64,000 nucleotides of DNA from an uncultured Eubacteriales bacterium (GTDB lineage Bacteria > Bacillota > Clostridia > Lachnospirales > JAISER01). A program made the translations under genes and the position numbers. This document shows, in pieces, positions 19,229-27,350 of the stretch. The notes under the pieces were generated by a model, which made no database searches, was not told where the DNA came from, and worked only from the letters and a program-made list of their open reading frames with translations. Position 1 is the first letter of the stretch. Each line of letters begins with the position of its first letter. The DNA lies in assembly GCA_964545475.1 (NCBI GenBank), contig CAZJGG010000008.1, forward strand, positions 666 to 64,665, in the 5' to 3' direction.

Positions 19229-20203
19229 TTACCCCTTTTTTATTTTTTTTATATCATTAACCTGTGGGTTTACTAAGTACGTTGGTTTTTTCCCGGATAA
19301 AACTTCGCAAATTCCTTGCGCGGACTGAGTAGCCATTGCAACAAGGGCGTTGTCTGTAAGCGCCGCATTATGGGGCGAAAGCAAAACATTTGGAAGAGTA
19401 AACAGCGGTGAGTCCGCTTTAGGTGGTTCGTCGTTAAAAACGTCAAGAGCCGCTCCCTTAATAATATTTTGGGTTAAAGCCTCATAAAGGTCAGCTTCGT
19501 TAATAATTCCGCCTCTTGCGGCGTTTATTATAAAGGCTGATTTTTTCATTTTTAAAAGCTGATTTTTGCCAATTAAGTTTTGGGTCTCTTTTGTAAGCGG
19601 CAAATGTAAGCTAATAAAGTCTGAAATTTCTAAAATCTCCTCAAGAGTTTCAACTTTTTCAACCCCTGCATCTTTTGCTTGTTCCTTAGTAATAAATGGG
19701 TCGTAGGCTAAAATTTCCATATCAAGAGCTTTACATTTTTTTGCAAGCAGTCTTGCAATTCTTCCAAAGCCCAAAAGACCTAATTTTTTACCAGAAAGTT
19801 CTATATTTTCAACTTGTGTGCGCATTGCAAAATTATTATTTCTAACCTCTTTATCCATTTGAAGCAAATGTTTCGATAATGCTAAAATCATACAAAGTGA
19901 ATGTTCTGCAACAGCGTTTACATTGGATTCCGGCGCATTAACCACCATAATGCCACGTCTTGTTGCGGCTTCAACGTCGATATTGTCTACTCCTATGCCG
20001 TGCTTGCCGATAACCTTTAAGTTGGGCATAGCCGCCATTATTTCATCGGTAATTTTAGCGGAGCGTATTAACACGCCGTCTGCTTCTTTACCTTTTTCTA
20101 TAATAGAGCTTGCTTCCTTGCCGCCGTTTTCAATAACCTCTGCAACCTGATTAAGTATTTCGATTCCTGCTGGGTTAATTGGCTCTGTTAAAAGAACTTT
20201 CAT
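19229..20203 (-). CDS. D-isomer-specific 2-hydroxyacid dehydrogenase (PGDH/glyoxylate reductase-like)
   Basis: It has GLLGFGRIARLLA NAD-binding, NAARGG and LSPHNAA motifs. Its ATG shares one base with the upstream stop codon (TAATG). Confidence 0.85.
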   Translation of the reverse strand: MKVLLTEPINPAGIEILNQVAEVIENGGKEASSIIEKGKEADGVLIRSAKITDEIMAAMPNLKVIGKHGIGVDNIDVEAATRRGIMVVNAPESNVNAVAEHSLCMILALSKHLLQMDKEVRNNNFAMRTQVENIELSGKKLGLLGFGRIARLLAKKCKALDMEILAYDPFITKEQAKDAGVEKVETLEEILEISDFISLHLPLTKETQNLIGKNQLLKMKKSAFIINAARGGIINEADLYEALTQNIIKGAALDVFNDEPPKADSPLFTLPNVLLSPHNAALTDNALVAMATQSAQGICEVLSGKKPTYLVNPQVNDIKKIKKG

Positions 20204-20970
20204 TATTTTTTCAGCTCCTTAACGTAATTTTTTGCAACACCAGACATCATGCCCTGGTCAGAACCGATTATTATGTAATTTGCGCCCATTTCAATAAAGT
20301 GTTTAGCTTTTTCAATTGTCCCAACAAAAATCCCGGCTGTTTTACCTGCTTTAACAGTTTTTTGAATAACCGTTTCAATGGCATTAACAACGGTAGGGTG
20401 GGAGTCATTTCCTATAACACCATAAGACTGAGACAAATCCATAGGTCCAATAAAAACAACGTCGATTGCCGGAATTGTAAGTATTTGGTCTAGGTTTTCA
20501 ACAGATGTAACAGTTTCGCAATGAGAGACTATTAATGTGTTTTCGTTGGAAAGCTTTATGTATTCGTTTTTGTCTATAAAGCCGTATCCTGCCGCTCTTA
20601 CGGAAGGGGAGAAGCCTCTGTTTCCCTCCGGGGTATATTTGACACTGTCTGCAAGCTGTTTAGCTTCTGCATACGTATCCACATTTGGTACTTGAACGCC
20701 AAACGCACCGGCATCAAGAGCTTGGAGCACTTCAACAGGCTGGTTTTCTCTAACTCTTACTATAGGAACAATTGAAACGGCGGAAGCGGCACGCATTGTG
20801 TTAACCATGGCTTCTCGGCTCATTGCCACATGCTCATTGTCTAGCACGAAAAAATCAAACCCGGAAAGCCCAATTATTTCAACAATGGCTGGGTCTGCCG
20901 TTTTAACAAATGTACCGATAACTGGCTGGTTTTGCGTAAGTTTTTTCTTAACCTCATTTTGTTTAATCAT
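20203..20970 (-). CDS. HpcH/HpaI family 2-keto-3-deoxy-acid aldolase
   Basis: The 255-aa protein has G.F......P...E.....GFDF...D.EH, VRV and GPMDLS motifs typical of HpcH/YfaU/GarL aldolases. Confidence 0.8.
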   Translation of the reverse strand: MIKQNEVKKKLTQNQPVIGTFVKTADPAIVEIIGLSGFDFFVLDNEHVAMSREAMVNTMRAASAVSIVPIVRVRENQPVEVLQALDAGAFGVQVPNVDTYAEAKQLADSVKYTPEGNRGFSPSVRAAGYGFIDKNEYIKLSNENTLIVSHCETVTSVENLDQILTIPAIDVVFIGPMDLSQSYGVIGNDSHPTVVNAIETVIQKTVKAGKTAGIFVGTIEKAKHFIEMGANYIIIGSDQGMMSGVAKNYVKELKK

Positions 20971-21041
20971 ATAAGCTCACTCCATTTATAAAATCTAAAA
21001 TGATTACGTATTCATAAACTGTAAAAAAAATAATTTTGAAG

Positions 21042-21704
21042 TTATTGATTTGCAACTAAAATTTCAAATTCATTCTTATTAAAGTTAATAATTCCTTCTT
21101 TTCGCATTTTGCAAAGCTCGTTGCACATTGCGCTTCTGTCTACACATAGGTAACTTGCAAGTTCTTCCCTGTTATAGGGGATTGTAAATTTATTTGCGGC
21201 ACCCCTATGATATTCAAAAAATAGAAGAAGTTTATCTCTAGTTGTACGTTTAGAAAGTATTTCTATTTTTTTATTTAGAGATAAATTATTTTTCGATATT
21301 ATGAATAGCAAATTTTCTACAAGCCTTTTATGATATTCGCATGAATTAGAACATGTGTTAACAATTTTTTTGTAATCTATAAAAAGAATTTCGCAGTTGC
21401 TAAGAGCCTTAACAGATATGGGGCTGCGGGAAACGCCGGCACAAGCGAAAACTTCTCCAAAGATACCAGAAGCGTACAGTTCCTTAATTACTTCGGTATT
21501 ATCTTGATTTTCCTTTATAATTGAAACACTACCTGTAATTACAATGCCTACAGAGCTTACATTATCGCCATATCTTAAAACAATGTCGTCTTTTTCATAA
21601 CTTTCGCTTTTGACAAAAAGGCAATTCAATAGCTTTTCAAATTTCGAAAAAGAAATACCGCCAAACAAATAGTTACTTTTCAATATTTCAAAGTATTTTC
21701 TCAT
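21042..21704 (-). CDS. Crp/Fnr family transcriptional regulator
   Basis: AAGGTGAG precedes ATG 21704. It has a cNMP-binding-like N-terminal domain and a C-terminal HTH (REELASYLCVDRSAMCNELCKMRKEG). Confidence 0.8.
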   Translation of the reverse strand: MRKYFEILKSNYLFGGISFSKFEKLLNCLFVKSESYEKDDIVLRYGDNVSSVGIVITGSVSIIKENQDNTEVIKELYASGIFGEVFACAGVSRSPISVKALSNCEILFIDYKKIVNTCSNSCEYHKRLVENLLFIISKNNLSLNKKIEILSKRTTRDKLLLFFEYHRGAANKFTIPYNREELASYLCVDRSAMCNELCKMRKEGIINFNKNEFEILVANQ

Positions 21705-21849
21705 AAAACTCACCTTTTGTTGTATATACAACAGATACGTTGTAATTATTATATATCATATCTTATAAAAATACAAGGGTTTTTTTATGAAAATTATTTA
21801 TTTTGTCAATTAAAAAGATTTTTTAAATTTATAAAATAAACCTTCCGTT

Positions 21850-21977
21850 GTGAAAATATACTCAAGTCTATATTTGTAATATTATGGATTGATATAAATA
21901 CGATATTAGTAGAAGCTTAGTGAAAATTTATGAAGTATTAGGTTGTTTTTGGCAACGTTTATATCAGTTGTGAAAAT
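21850..21977 (+). promoter_or_regulatory. Three GTGAAAAT boxes in the divergent Crp/Fnr - LuxR intergenic region (candidate regulator sites)
   Basis: GTTGTGAAAAT occurs at 21847-21857 and again at 21967-21977, exactly 120 bp apart. TAGTGAAAAT occurs at 21918-21927. The first box resembles a TGTGA-N6-half CRP-type site. Confidence 0.3.
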
Positions 21978-22047
21978 GCACATTGCGGTATTAAAATGAT
22001 TGTGATATTATAGTGTTGTATTGAATTGTAAAACAAAGGAGGAAAAT

Positions 22048-24576
22048 ATGACAGCAATTAATTATTTAAACGAAAAGTTTGCACCGGCAGTATTGCCTGA
22101 TATTTATGCACCAAGGCGTAAGCTTATTCAGGAGTTAAAAAGCATCAAAGGTATAAGATTTTTTTATATTTCCGCCCCAGCCGGATATGGAAAAACTCTT
22201 TCAACACTCCTTTGGCTTAAAAGTTCCGGGCATAAAATAATTTGGATAGGTCTTGACTCTTACGATAATACGCCACATTTGTTTTATAAACTTTTTTGCA
22301 CTGGAATATCTTCAATACAGTCGGATAATGAGGCCATATTAAACATAATACGGAATCAGTCGTTTTCATCTTCACCTGTTGAGCAGACTATAGAAGTTTT
22401 GTCTAACATAGTGCCGGAGAATGGCAAATTTGCGCTTGTCTTAGATGATATGCATGAAATAACCCATGAAGAAATACTTAAATCAATGCCATATGTGTTT
22501 AAAAGACTACCTGTTAATTTTGACGTATTTATTTTATCAAGGAACGAACCAAGAGATAGTATTAAAAATTATATTGAATGCGGTAAAATGAAGCTTATTA
22601 CTTCTGAGCAGCTTGCCTTTAAAAGCGATGATATTAAAGACTGCTTTACAAAATCAGGACACAGCATAACAGGCAACGAAGTTTCAAAAATTTTGAAGTA
22701 TACAGAGGGTTGGCCTATAGGAGTAAGTGCTCTTGCGTTAAGCCGCAATACTGAGTTGAGTGAAACAAAAGGTAACATTTTAGGGAACTACATAAAAAAA
22801 CAAATTTGGGATAAGTGGGATAATCAAACTAGAGAGTTTTTGCTAAAGACAGCTGTTGTTGACGAAATGACACCTGAACTTTGCAACAGGCTTACAGGCT
22901 TCCAAAATAGCGAGGAAATACTTGAAAACCTTTATAATTCTAACTATTTTATTAGGCGCAGTTCTGGAAACGTTTACACTTATCATCAATTATTTTTGGA
23001 ATTTCTAAGAGATTTGCAAAAGGCGTTTGACACAAAACCTTTAAACAAAATTGTAGCTGAATATTATATTGAAAAGGGTGATGTTTTAACGCCGAGAAGA
23101 TACGCTTTAAAAAGCGAGGACATTGAAACAATTACAAAAGCTGTTTTTAAGTATAACCAGTATAATGAAAATAACGTCTCTATAGATGATTACGTAAATT
23201 TTCGCAGAAATTTTAACAGGGATGATTTGCCTGAAGTTGTTTGTGATAAATACCCATTTTTATACTTATCTCATGTCTGGTTTAATTTTTTAGCAGGTGA
23301 TAGCAAAAAGACGGAATACTATTTTGACAAACTTTATAAGTTTTTGCCCGTCATTGAAAACGAATATTCCCAATTTCTTGAATTAACTGTATTAATTTTG
23401 ATTTCTGACTACAGATATACAATTTATGAACAATATGAAAAATTTAAGTTAGTTGATATAAAGGATTTGCATGATAAACAAATGGGTCCAACAATAACTA
23501 TGCATATGCCTTTTATACATAGAGGGTTTAGAGATTTTATTGAGCTTTTGGATATCAAAAGGTTTAACAAATGCAAGCCACTATTATCTAAACTTATTAA
23601 GCATAATCTTGACATATTTATTTCTGGTGTGCAAGCGTGCCTTTTGTATGAGAAAAATTTGTTGAAGGAAGCTTTAGAGCTTGCAGTGAAGTCTAAAAAG
23701 AAAATATCAGGTTCTGATACGGATGAGCTGATTTTTACATGGGATGTTTTAATTTCCAGCATTTATTTTAATATGGGAAACGACTTTGCTTCTGATGAAA
23801 TAATTAACGAAATAGACAAAAACATAACTGAAAGAAAATCCTATTACTTAAGTGCAAACTTTGCTGCTTACAAAACTAGGTTAGAACTTGTAAAAGGTAA
23901 TAAAAACGCTGCTACTCAATGGTTAGATAATTACTATGTTACAGACTCTAAACAGATGGAGCTTTACAAAGCATATCAATATTTTACGACAGCCAGAGCA
24001 TATATAATATTAGGTAAACTTCATAAGGCGTTAGAATATGTATTTGACATTAAACAATTAGGTTTAGATTATAACAGAACGCTGGATGTTTTTGAGGCAA
24101 TGGTTTTACAATCCATTATCGAATGGAATTTGAGCAAAAGAAAAGAAGCCGTTGACACACTTGAGCGCACTTTAATTTTAATGCAAAAATATGGATTTGT
24201 TAGAATAGTTGCTGAAGAAGGGGCTGCGATTTTACCGGTTCTTAATAAAATTATTACTAAGCTTAAAAGAGGCAAAGCTTCTGATGAACTTGACGCTACT
24301 TTTACAAATGATGTTTTAATCGCTGTATATGAACAATCTAAAAGGAGAAAAGGAATAACGGAACTCATTGAGGTTAAACCTGTGAAACTTTCTAACCAGC
24401 AAACAAGGGTTTTAAATTATATTGCGCAAGGAAAGAAAAATGTGCAGATTGCTGAAATAACAGGGTTAAGCGTTCATACAATAAAATGTCATACATCTAT
24501 CGCTTATTCTAAACTTGGTGTAAATAACGCCATGGATGCCGTTTTAAAAGCAAGAGAATTAGGGGTAATTGAATAG
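22048..24576 (+). CDS. MalT/LuxR-type large ATP-binding (STAND/LAL) transcriptional regulator
   Basis: An AAGGAGG RBS precedes it. It has a Walker A-like motif (SAPAGYGKT), a long helical/TPR-like middle region, and a C-terminal LuxR HTH (LSNQQTRVLNYIAQGKKNVQIAEITGLSVHTIKCHTSIAYSKLGV). Confidence 0.85.
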   Translation: MTAINYLNEKFAPAVLPDIYAPRRKLIQELKSIKGIRFFYISAPAGYGKTLSTLLWLKSSGHKIIWIGLDSYDNTPHLFYKLFCTGISSIQSDNEAILNIIRNQSFSSSPVEQTIEVLSNIVPENGKFALVLDDMHEITHEEILKSMPYVFKRLPVNFDVFILSRNEPRDSIKNYIECGKMKLITSEQLAFKSDDIKDCFTKSGHSITGNEVSKILKYTEGWPIGVSALALSRNTELSETKGNILGNYIKKQIWDKWDNQTREFLLKTAVVDEMTPELCNRLTGFQNSEEILENLYNSNYFIRRSSGNVYTYHQLFLEFLRDLQKAFDTKPLNKIVAEYYIEKGDVLTPRRYALKSEDIETITKAVFKYNQYNENNVSIDDYVNFRRNFNRDDLPEVVCDKYPFLYLSHVWFNFLAGDSKKTEYYFDKLYKFLPVIENEYSQFLELTVLILISDYRYTIYEQYEKFKLVDIKDLHDKQMGPTITMHMPFIHRGFRDFIELLDIKRFNKCKPLLSKLIKHNLDIFISGVQACLLYEKNLLKEALELAVKSKKKISGSDTDELIFTWDVLISSIYFNMGNDFASDEIINEIDKNITERKSYYLSANFAAYKTRLELVKGNKNAATQWLDNYYVTDSKQMELYKAYQYFTTARAYIILGKLHKALEYVFDIKQLGLDYNRTLDVFEAMVLQSIIEWNLSKRKEAVDTLERTLILMQKYGFVRIVAEEGAAILPVLNKIITKLKRGKASDELDATFTNDVLIAVYEQSKRRKGITELIEVKPVKLSNQQTRVLNYIAQGKKNVQIAEITGLSVHTIKCHTSIAYSKLGVNNAMDAVLKARELGVIE

Positions 24577-24616
24577 GATTCTATGTGTGTAATGTAACAA
24601 ACTTCGTTTAAATATT

Positions 24617-24652
24617 AAAAAAAGGAGCTCGGCTTTCGCCAGCTCCTTTTTT
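24617..24652 (+). terminator. Rho-independent terminator after the LuxR-type regulator
   Basis: An AAAAAAGGAGCT-cggctttcgcc-AGCTCCTTTTTT hairpin. Confidence 0.8.
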
Positions 24653-24716
24653 GCTATACTTTTTTGAAGCCTACAGTCGCCATATTTTCATAAGAAAAAA
24701 TAATGTTGTCAAAGTA

Positions 24717-24745
24717 TTGACAATATTCAATAATAGTAATAAAAT
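24717..24745 (+). promoter_or_regulatory. Candidate sigma-A promoter of rny
   Basis: TTGACA (24717-24722), a 17-nt spacer, then TAAAAT (24740-24745). The -35 box is half of the palindrome TTGTCAA-agta-TTGACAA. Confidence 0.45.
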
Positions 24746-24839
24746 AATTTGGTATGTTATTTTCAATTTTATATATTTTTTATAGAATTATAAAAATTTC
24801 TGGAAATTATACTTTTAAGGAGGTGCGTTTTTATTATTT

Positions 24840-26393
24840 ATGGATGATGTTATTTATATTGTTTTAGGAATTATTCTCGCCATATTTTGCGCTCTTATAA
24901 TTTTTTTCGCCGGCGTTTTTTATAGAAAAAAGGTTGCCGAATCAAAGGTCGGTTCTGCCGAAATTGAAGCCGAGAACATAGTTGAGGAAGCTAAGCGGAA
25001 CGCCGAAGCGCTTAAAAAGGAACTTTTGCTTGAAGCAAAAGAAGAAAGCATAAGAACAAAAAATGAAACAGAAAAAGAAGCTAAGGAACGCAGAAATGAG
25101 TTAACAAGGCTTGAAAGAAGGCTTATCCAAAAAGAAGAGGTTTTAGACAGAAAAAGCGAAACCTTTGAAAAAAAAGAAGAACAGCTTCATAATAAAATGG
25201 ATATGCTGGAAAATCAGAAAAGTGAAATTAACAACGTATTAGTTAAACAGCAAGAGGAGCTTGAGCGTATTTCTGGCTTTAGCGCAGAACAGGCAAAGCA
25301 ATATTTGCTTGCGACAATCGAAAGCGAAGTCAAGGTTGAAGCTGCTGTTCTAATTAAAGATATTGAAACAAAGGCTAAGCTGGAAGGCGAAAAAAGAGCC
25401 AAAAATATTATTGCTAATTCCATTCAAAAATGTGCAGTTGACCACGTTGCCGAAACGACAGTTTCAGTTGTGACCCTTCCGAATGATGAAATGAAGGGGC
25501 GCATTATCGGCCGTGAAGGCAGAAACATAAGAACGCTGGAATCCTTAACAGGTATTGATTTAATTATCGACGATACGCCGGAAGCGGTTATATTATCAGG
25601 TTTTGACCCTATGAGAAGGGAAATTGCAAGAATTGCCCTTGAAAAGCTTATTTTAGACGGGCGTGTTCATCCGGCACGTATTGAAGAAATGGTTGAAAAG
25701 GCTAAAAAAGAAGTAGAAGTTATGATTCGTGAAGACGGCGAAGCTGCAACATTTGAAACCGGAATTCATGGAATCCACCCGGAGCTTATTCGTTTGCTTG
25801 GTAAAATGAAGTTTAGAACAAGTTACGGGCAAAACGTTTTAAAACACTCCATTGAAGTTGCGCATTTGTGTGGGCTTATGGCTGGTGAGCTTGGGGTAGA
25901 CATTACGCTTGCAAAGCGTGCAGGTCTTTTGCACGACATCGGCAAATCTGTAGACCATGATATGGAAGGCTCTCACATCTCAATTGGTGTTTCTCTTTGT
26001 AAAAAATACCGGGAATCGGATATTATTATTAATGCGGTTGAATCTCACCATGGTGATGTTGAGCCTACTAACATTATTTCAGTTTTTGTACAAGCGGCAG
26101 ATGCCATTTCAGCGGCTCGCCCTGGGGCAAGGCGTGAAACGTTAGAATCTTATATCAAAAGGCTTCAAAAGCTTGAAAATATTGCGGATACTTTTAAAGG
26201 CGTTGAAAAATCCTTTGCTATCCAAGCGGGTAGGGAGCTTCGTATAATTGTTATTCCGGAAGACATTGACGATAAGGGTATGACTGTCCTTGCAAGAGAT
26301 ATCGCAAAGAAAATTGAAGAAGAAATTGAGTACCCAGGTCAAATAAAAGTTAACTTAATACGTGAAACAAGAGCGATTGACTATGCAAAATAA
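24840..26393 (+). CDS. rny: Ribonuclease Y
   Basis: It has an N-terminal TM helix, a coiled coil, a KH domain ([22 protein letters not shown]) and an HD domain (LLHDIGK). It is near-colinear with B. subtilis Rny up to ..[10 protein letters not shown]. Confidence 0.95.
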   Translation: MDDVIYIVLGIILAIFCALIIFFAGVFYRKKVAESKVGSAEIEAENIVEEAKRNAEALKKELLLEAKEESIRTKNETEKEAKERRNELTRLERRLIQKEEVLDRKSETFEKKEEQLHNKMDMLENQKSEINNVLVKQQEELERISGFSAEQAKQYLLATIESEVKVEAAVLIKDIETKAKLEGEKRAKNIIANSIQKCAVDHVAETTVSVVTLPNDEMKGRIIGREGRNIRTLESLTGIDLIIDDTPEAVILSGFDPMRREIARIALEKLILDGRVHPARIEEMVEKAKKEVEVMIREDGEAATFETGIHGIHPELIRLLGKMKFRTSYGQNVLKHSIEVAHLCGLMAGELGVDITLAKRAGLLHDIGKSVDHDMEGSHISIGVSLCKKYRESDIIINAVESHHGDVEPTNIISVFVQAADAISAARPGARRETLESYIKRLQKLENIADTFKGVEKSFAIQAGRELRIIVIPEDIDDKGMTVLARDIAKKIEEEIEYPGQIKVNLIRETRAIDYAK

Positions 26394-26395
26394 AA

Positions 26396-26440
26396 ATCTT
26401 AGGGCCAAGCGGAAAAACTGCTTTGCCCTAAGATTTTTTT
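26396..26440 (+). terminator. Rho-independent terminator after rny
   Basis: An ATCTTAGGGC ... GCCCTAAGAT stem is followed by TTTTTTT. Confidence 0.8.
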
Positions 26441-26518
26441 GTTTGCTTGCAATTTATTATAACAATTTTGTTACAAAGGTCGAATTTGTGAACAAAATGT
26501 AAATTTTCTGCGTTTTAA

Positions 26519-26547
26519 TTGTTATAAATAGATTTATATTGTATAAT
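26519..26547 (+). promoter_or_regulatory. Candidate sigma-A promoter of the ABC/CARDB/FtsX operon
   Basis: TTGTTA (26519-26524), a 17-nt spacer ending in TG, then TATAAT (26542-26547). Confidence 0.55.
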
Positions 26548-26627
26548 AAGTATGTGCTTTGTTTTATGGGAAGGCTTTGGTACTTAACACCTATAGTTCC
26601 CTTATTTATAAGAAAAGAGGCGAAAAA

Positions 26628-27350
26628 ATGGCAATTATTCAATTGTCAGAAGTCAGAAAAGTTTACAGAATGGGTGACGAAAAAATTGTCGCATTAGACA
26701 GCATAACCCTTGATTTTGAGAAAGGCAAAACATATTGCCTGCTTGGGACAAGTGGTTCGGGGAAGTCAACGCTTCTTAACATGCTTGCTGGACTTGAAAA
26801 ACCCACAAAAGGTAAAATTGTATTTAACAACGTTCATTTGGAGTCATTAAACGAGTCACAGCTCGCTAAATTTCGCCAAAAATACGTTGGATTCGTTTTT
26901 CAGTCCTATAATTTATTGCCGACACTTACGGCCCTTGAAAATGTTATGCTTCCGCTAGTTTTCAGCCGTATTCCATCGGGAGTTAGGAAAAAAAAGGCAA
27001 TGGAAATGTTAAAGGCAGTAGGGCTTAAAAACAGGGCTTATCATAAGCCATCAGAAATGAGCGGCGGCCAGCAGCAGCGTGTTTCAATTGCTCGTGCGTT
27101 TGTTAACACTCCGCAAGTAGTTTTCGCAGATGAACCAACAGGGAACTTAGATACAAAAACTACGTTTGAAATGATGGACCTTATGACAGGGCTTGCTAAA
27201 GAGCACAACCAAACTTTAATTATTGTTACGCATGATGAGGAAATCGGAGTTTATGCAGACAAACTGATACATATGCGTGACGGAGTTATAGATAGTATTA
27301 AAGAAAAGACAGAAGAAAACGAAAAGGAGAATAACGATGAAATTGAGTAA
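26628..27350 (+). CDS. ABC transporter ATP-binding protein (MacB/LolD/FtsE-like)
   Basis: It has GTSGSGKST Walker A, LSGGQQQRVSIARA signature and VFADEPTGNLD Walker B motifs. Its stop overlaps the start of the next gene. Confidence 0.9.
   Translation: MAIIQLSEVRKVYRMGDEKIVALDSITLDFEKGKTYCLLGTSGSGKSTLLNMLAGLEKPTKGKIVFNNVHLESLNESQLAKFRQKYVGFVFQSYNLLPTLTALENVMLPLVFSRIPSGVRKKKAMEMLKAVGLKNRAYHKPSEMSGGQQQRVSIARAFVNTPQVVFADEPTGNLDTKTTFEMMDLMTGLAKEHNQTLIIVTHDEEIGVYADKLIHMRDGVIDSIKEKTEENEKENNDEIE

Noticed and set aside
26548-26627. I checked the 80-nt leader between the predicted promoter and the ABC ATPase start for a riboswitch or attenuator.
   Set aside because: I found no convincing conserved stem, terminator/antiterminator pair or known riboswitch core by eye. 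The leader is too short for most riboswitch classes.
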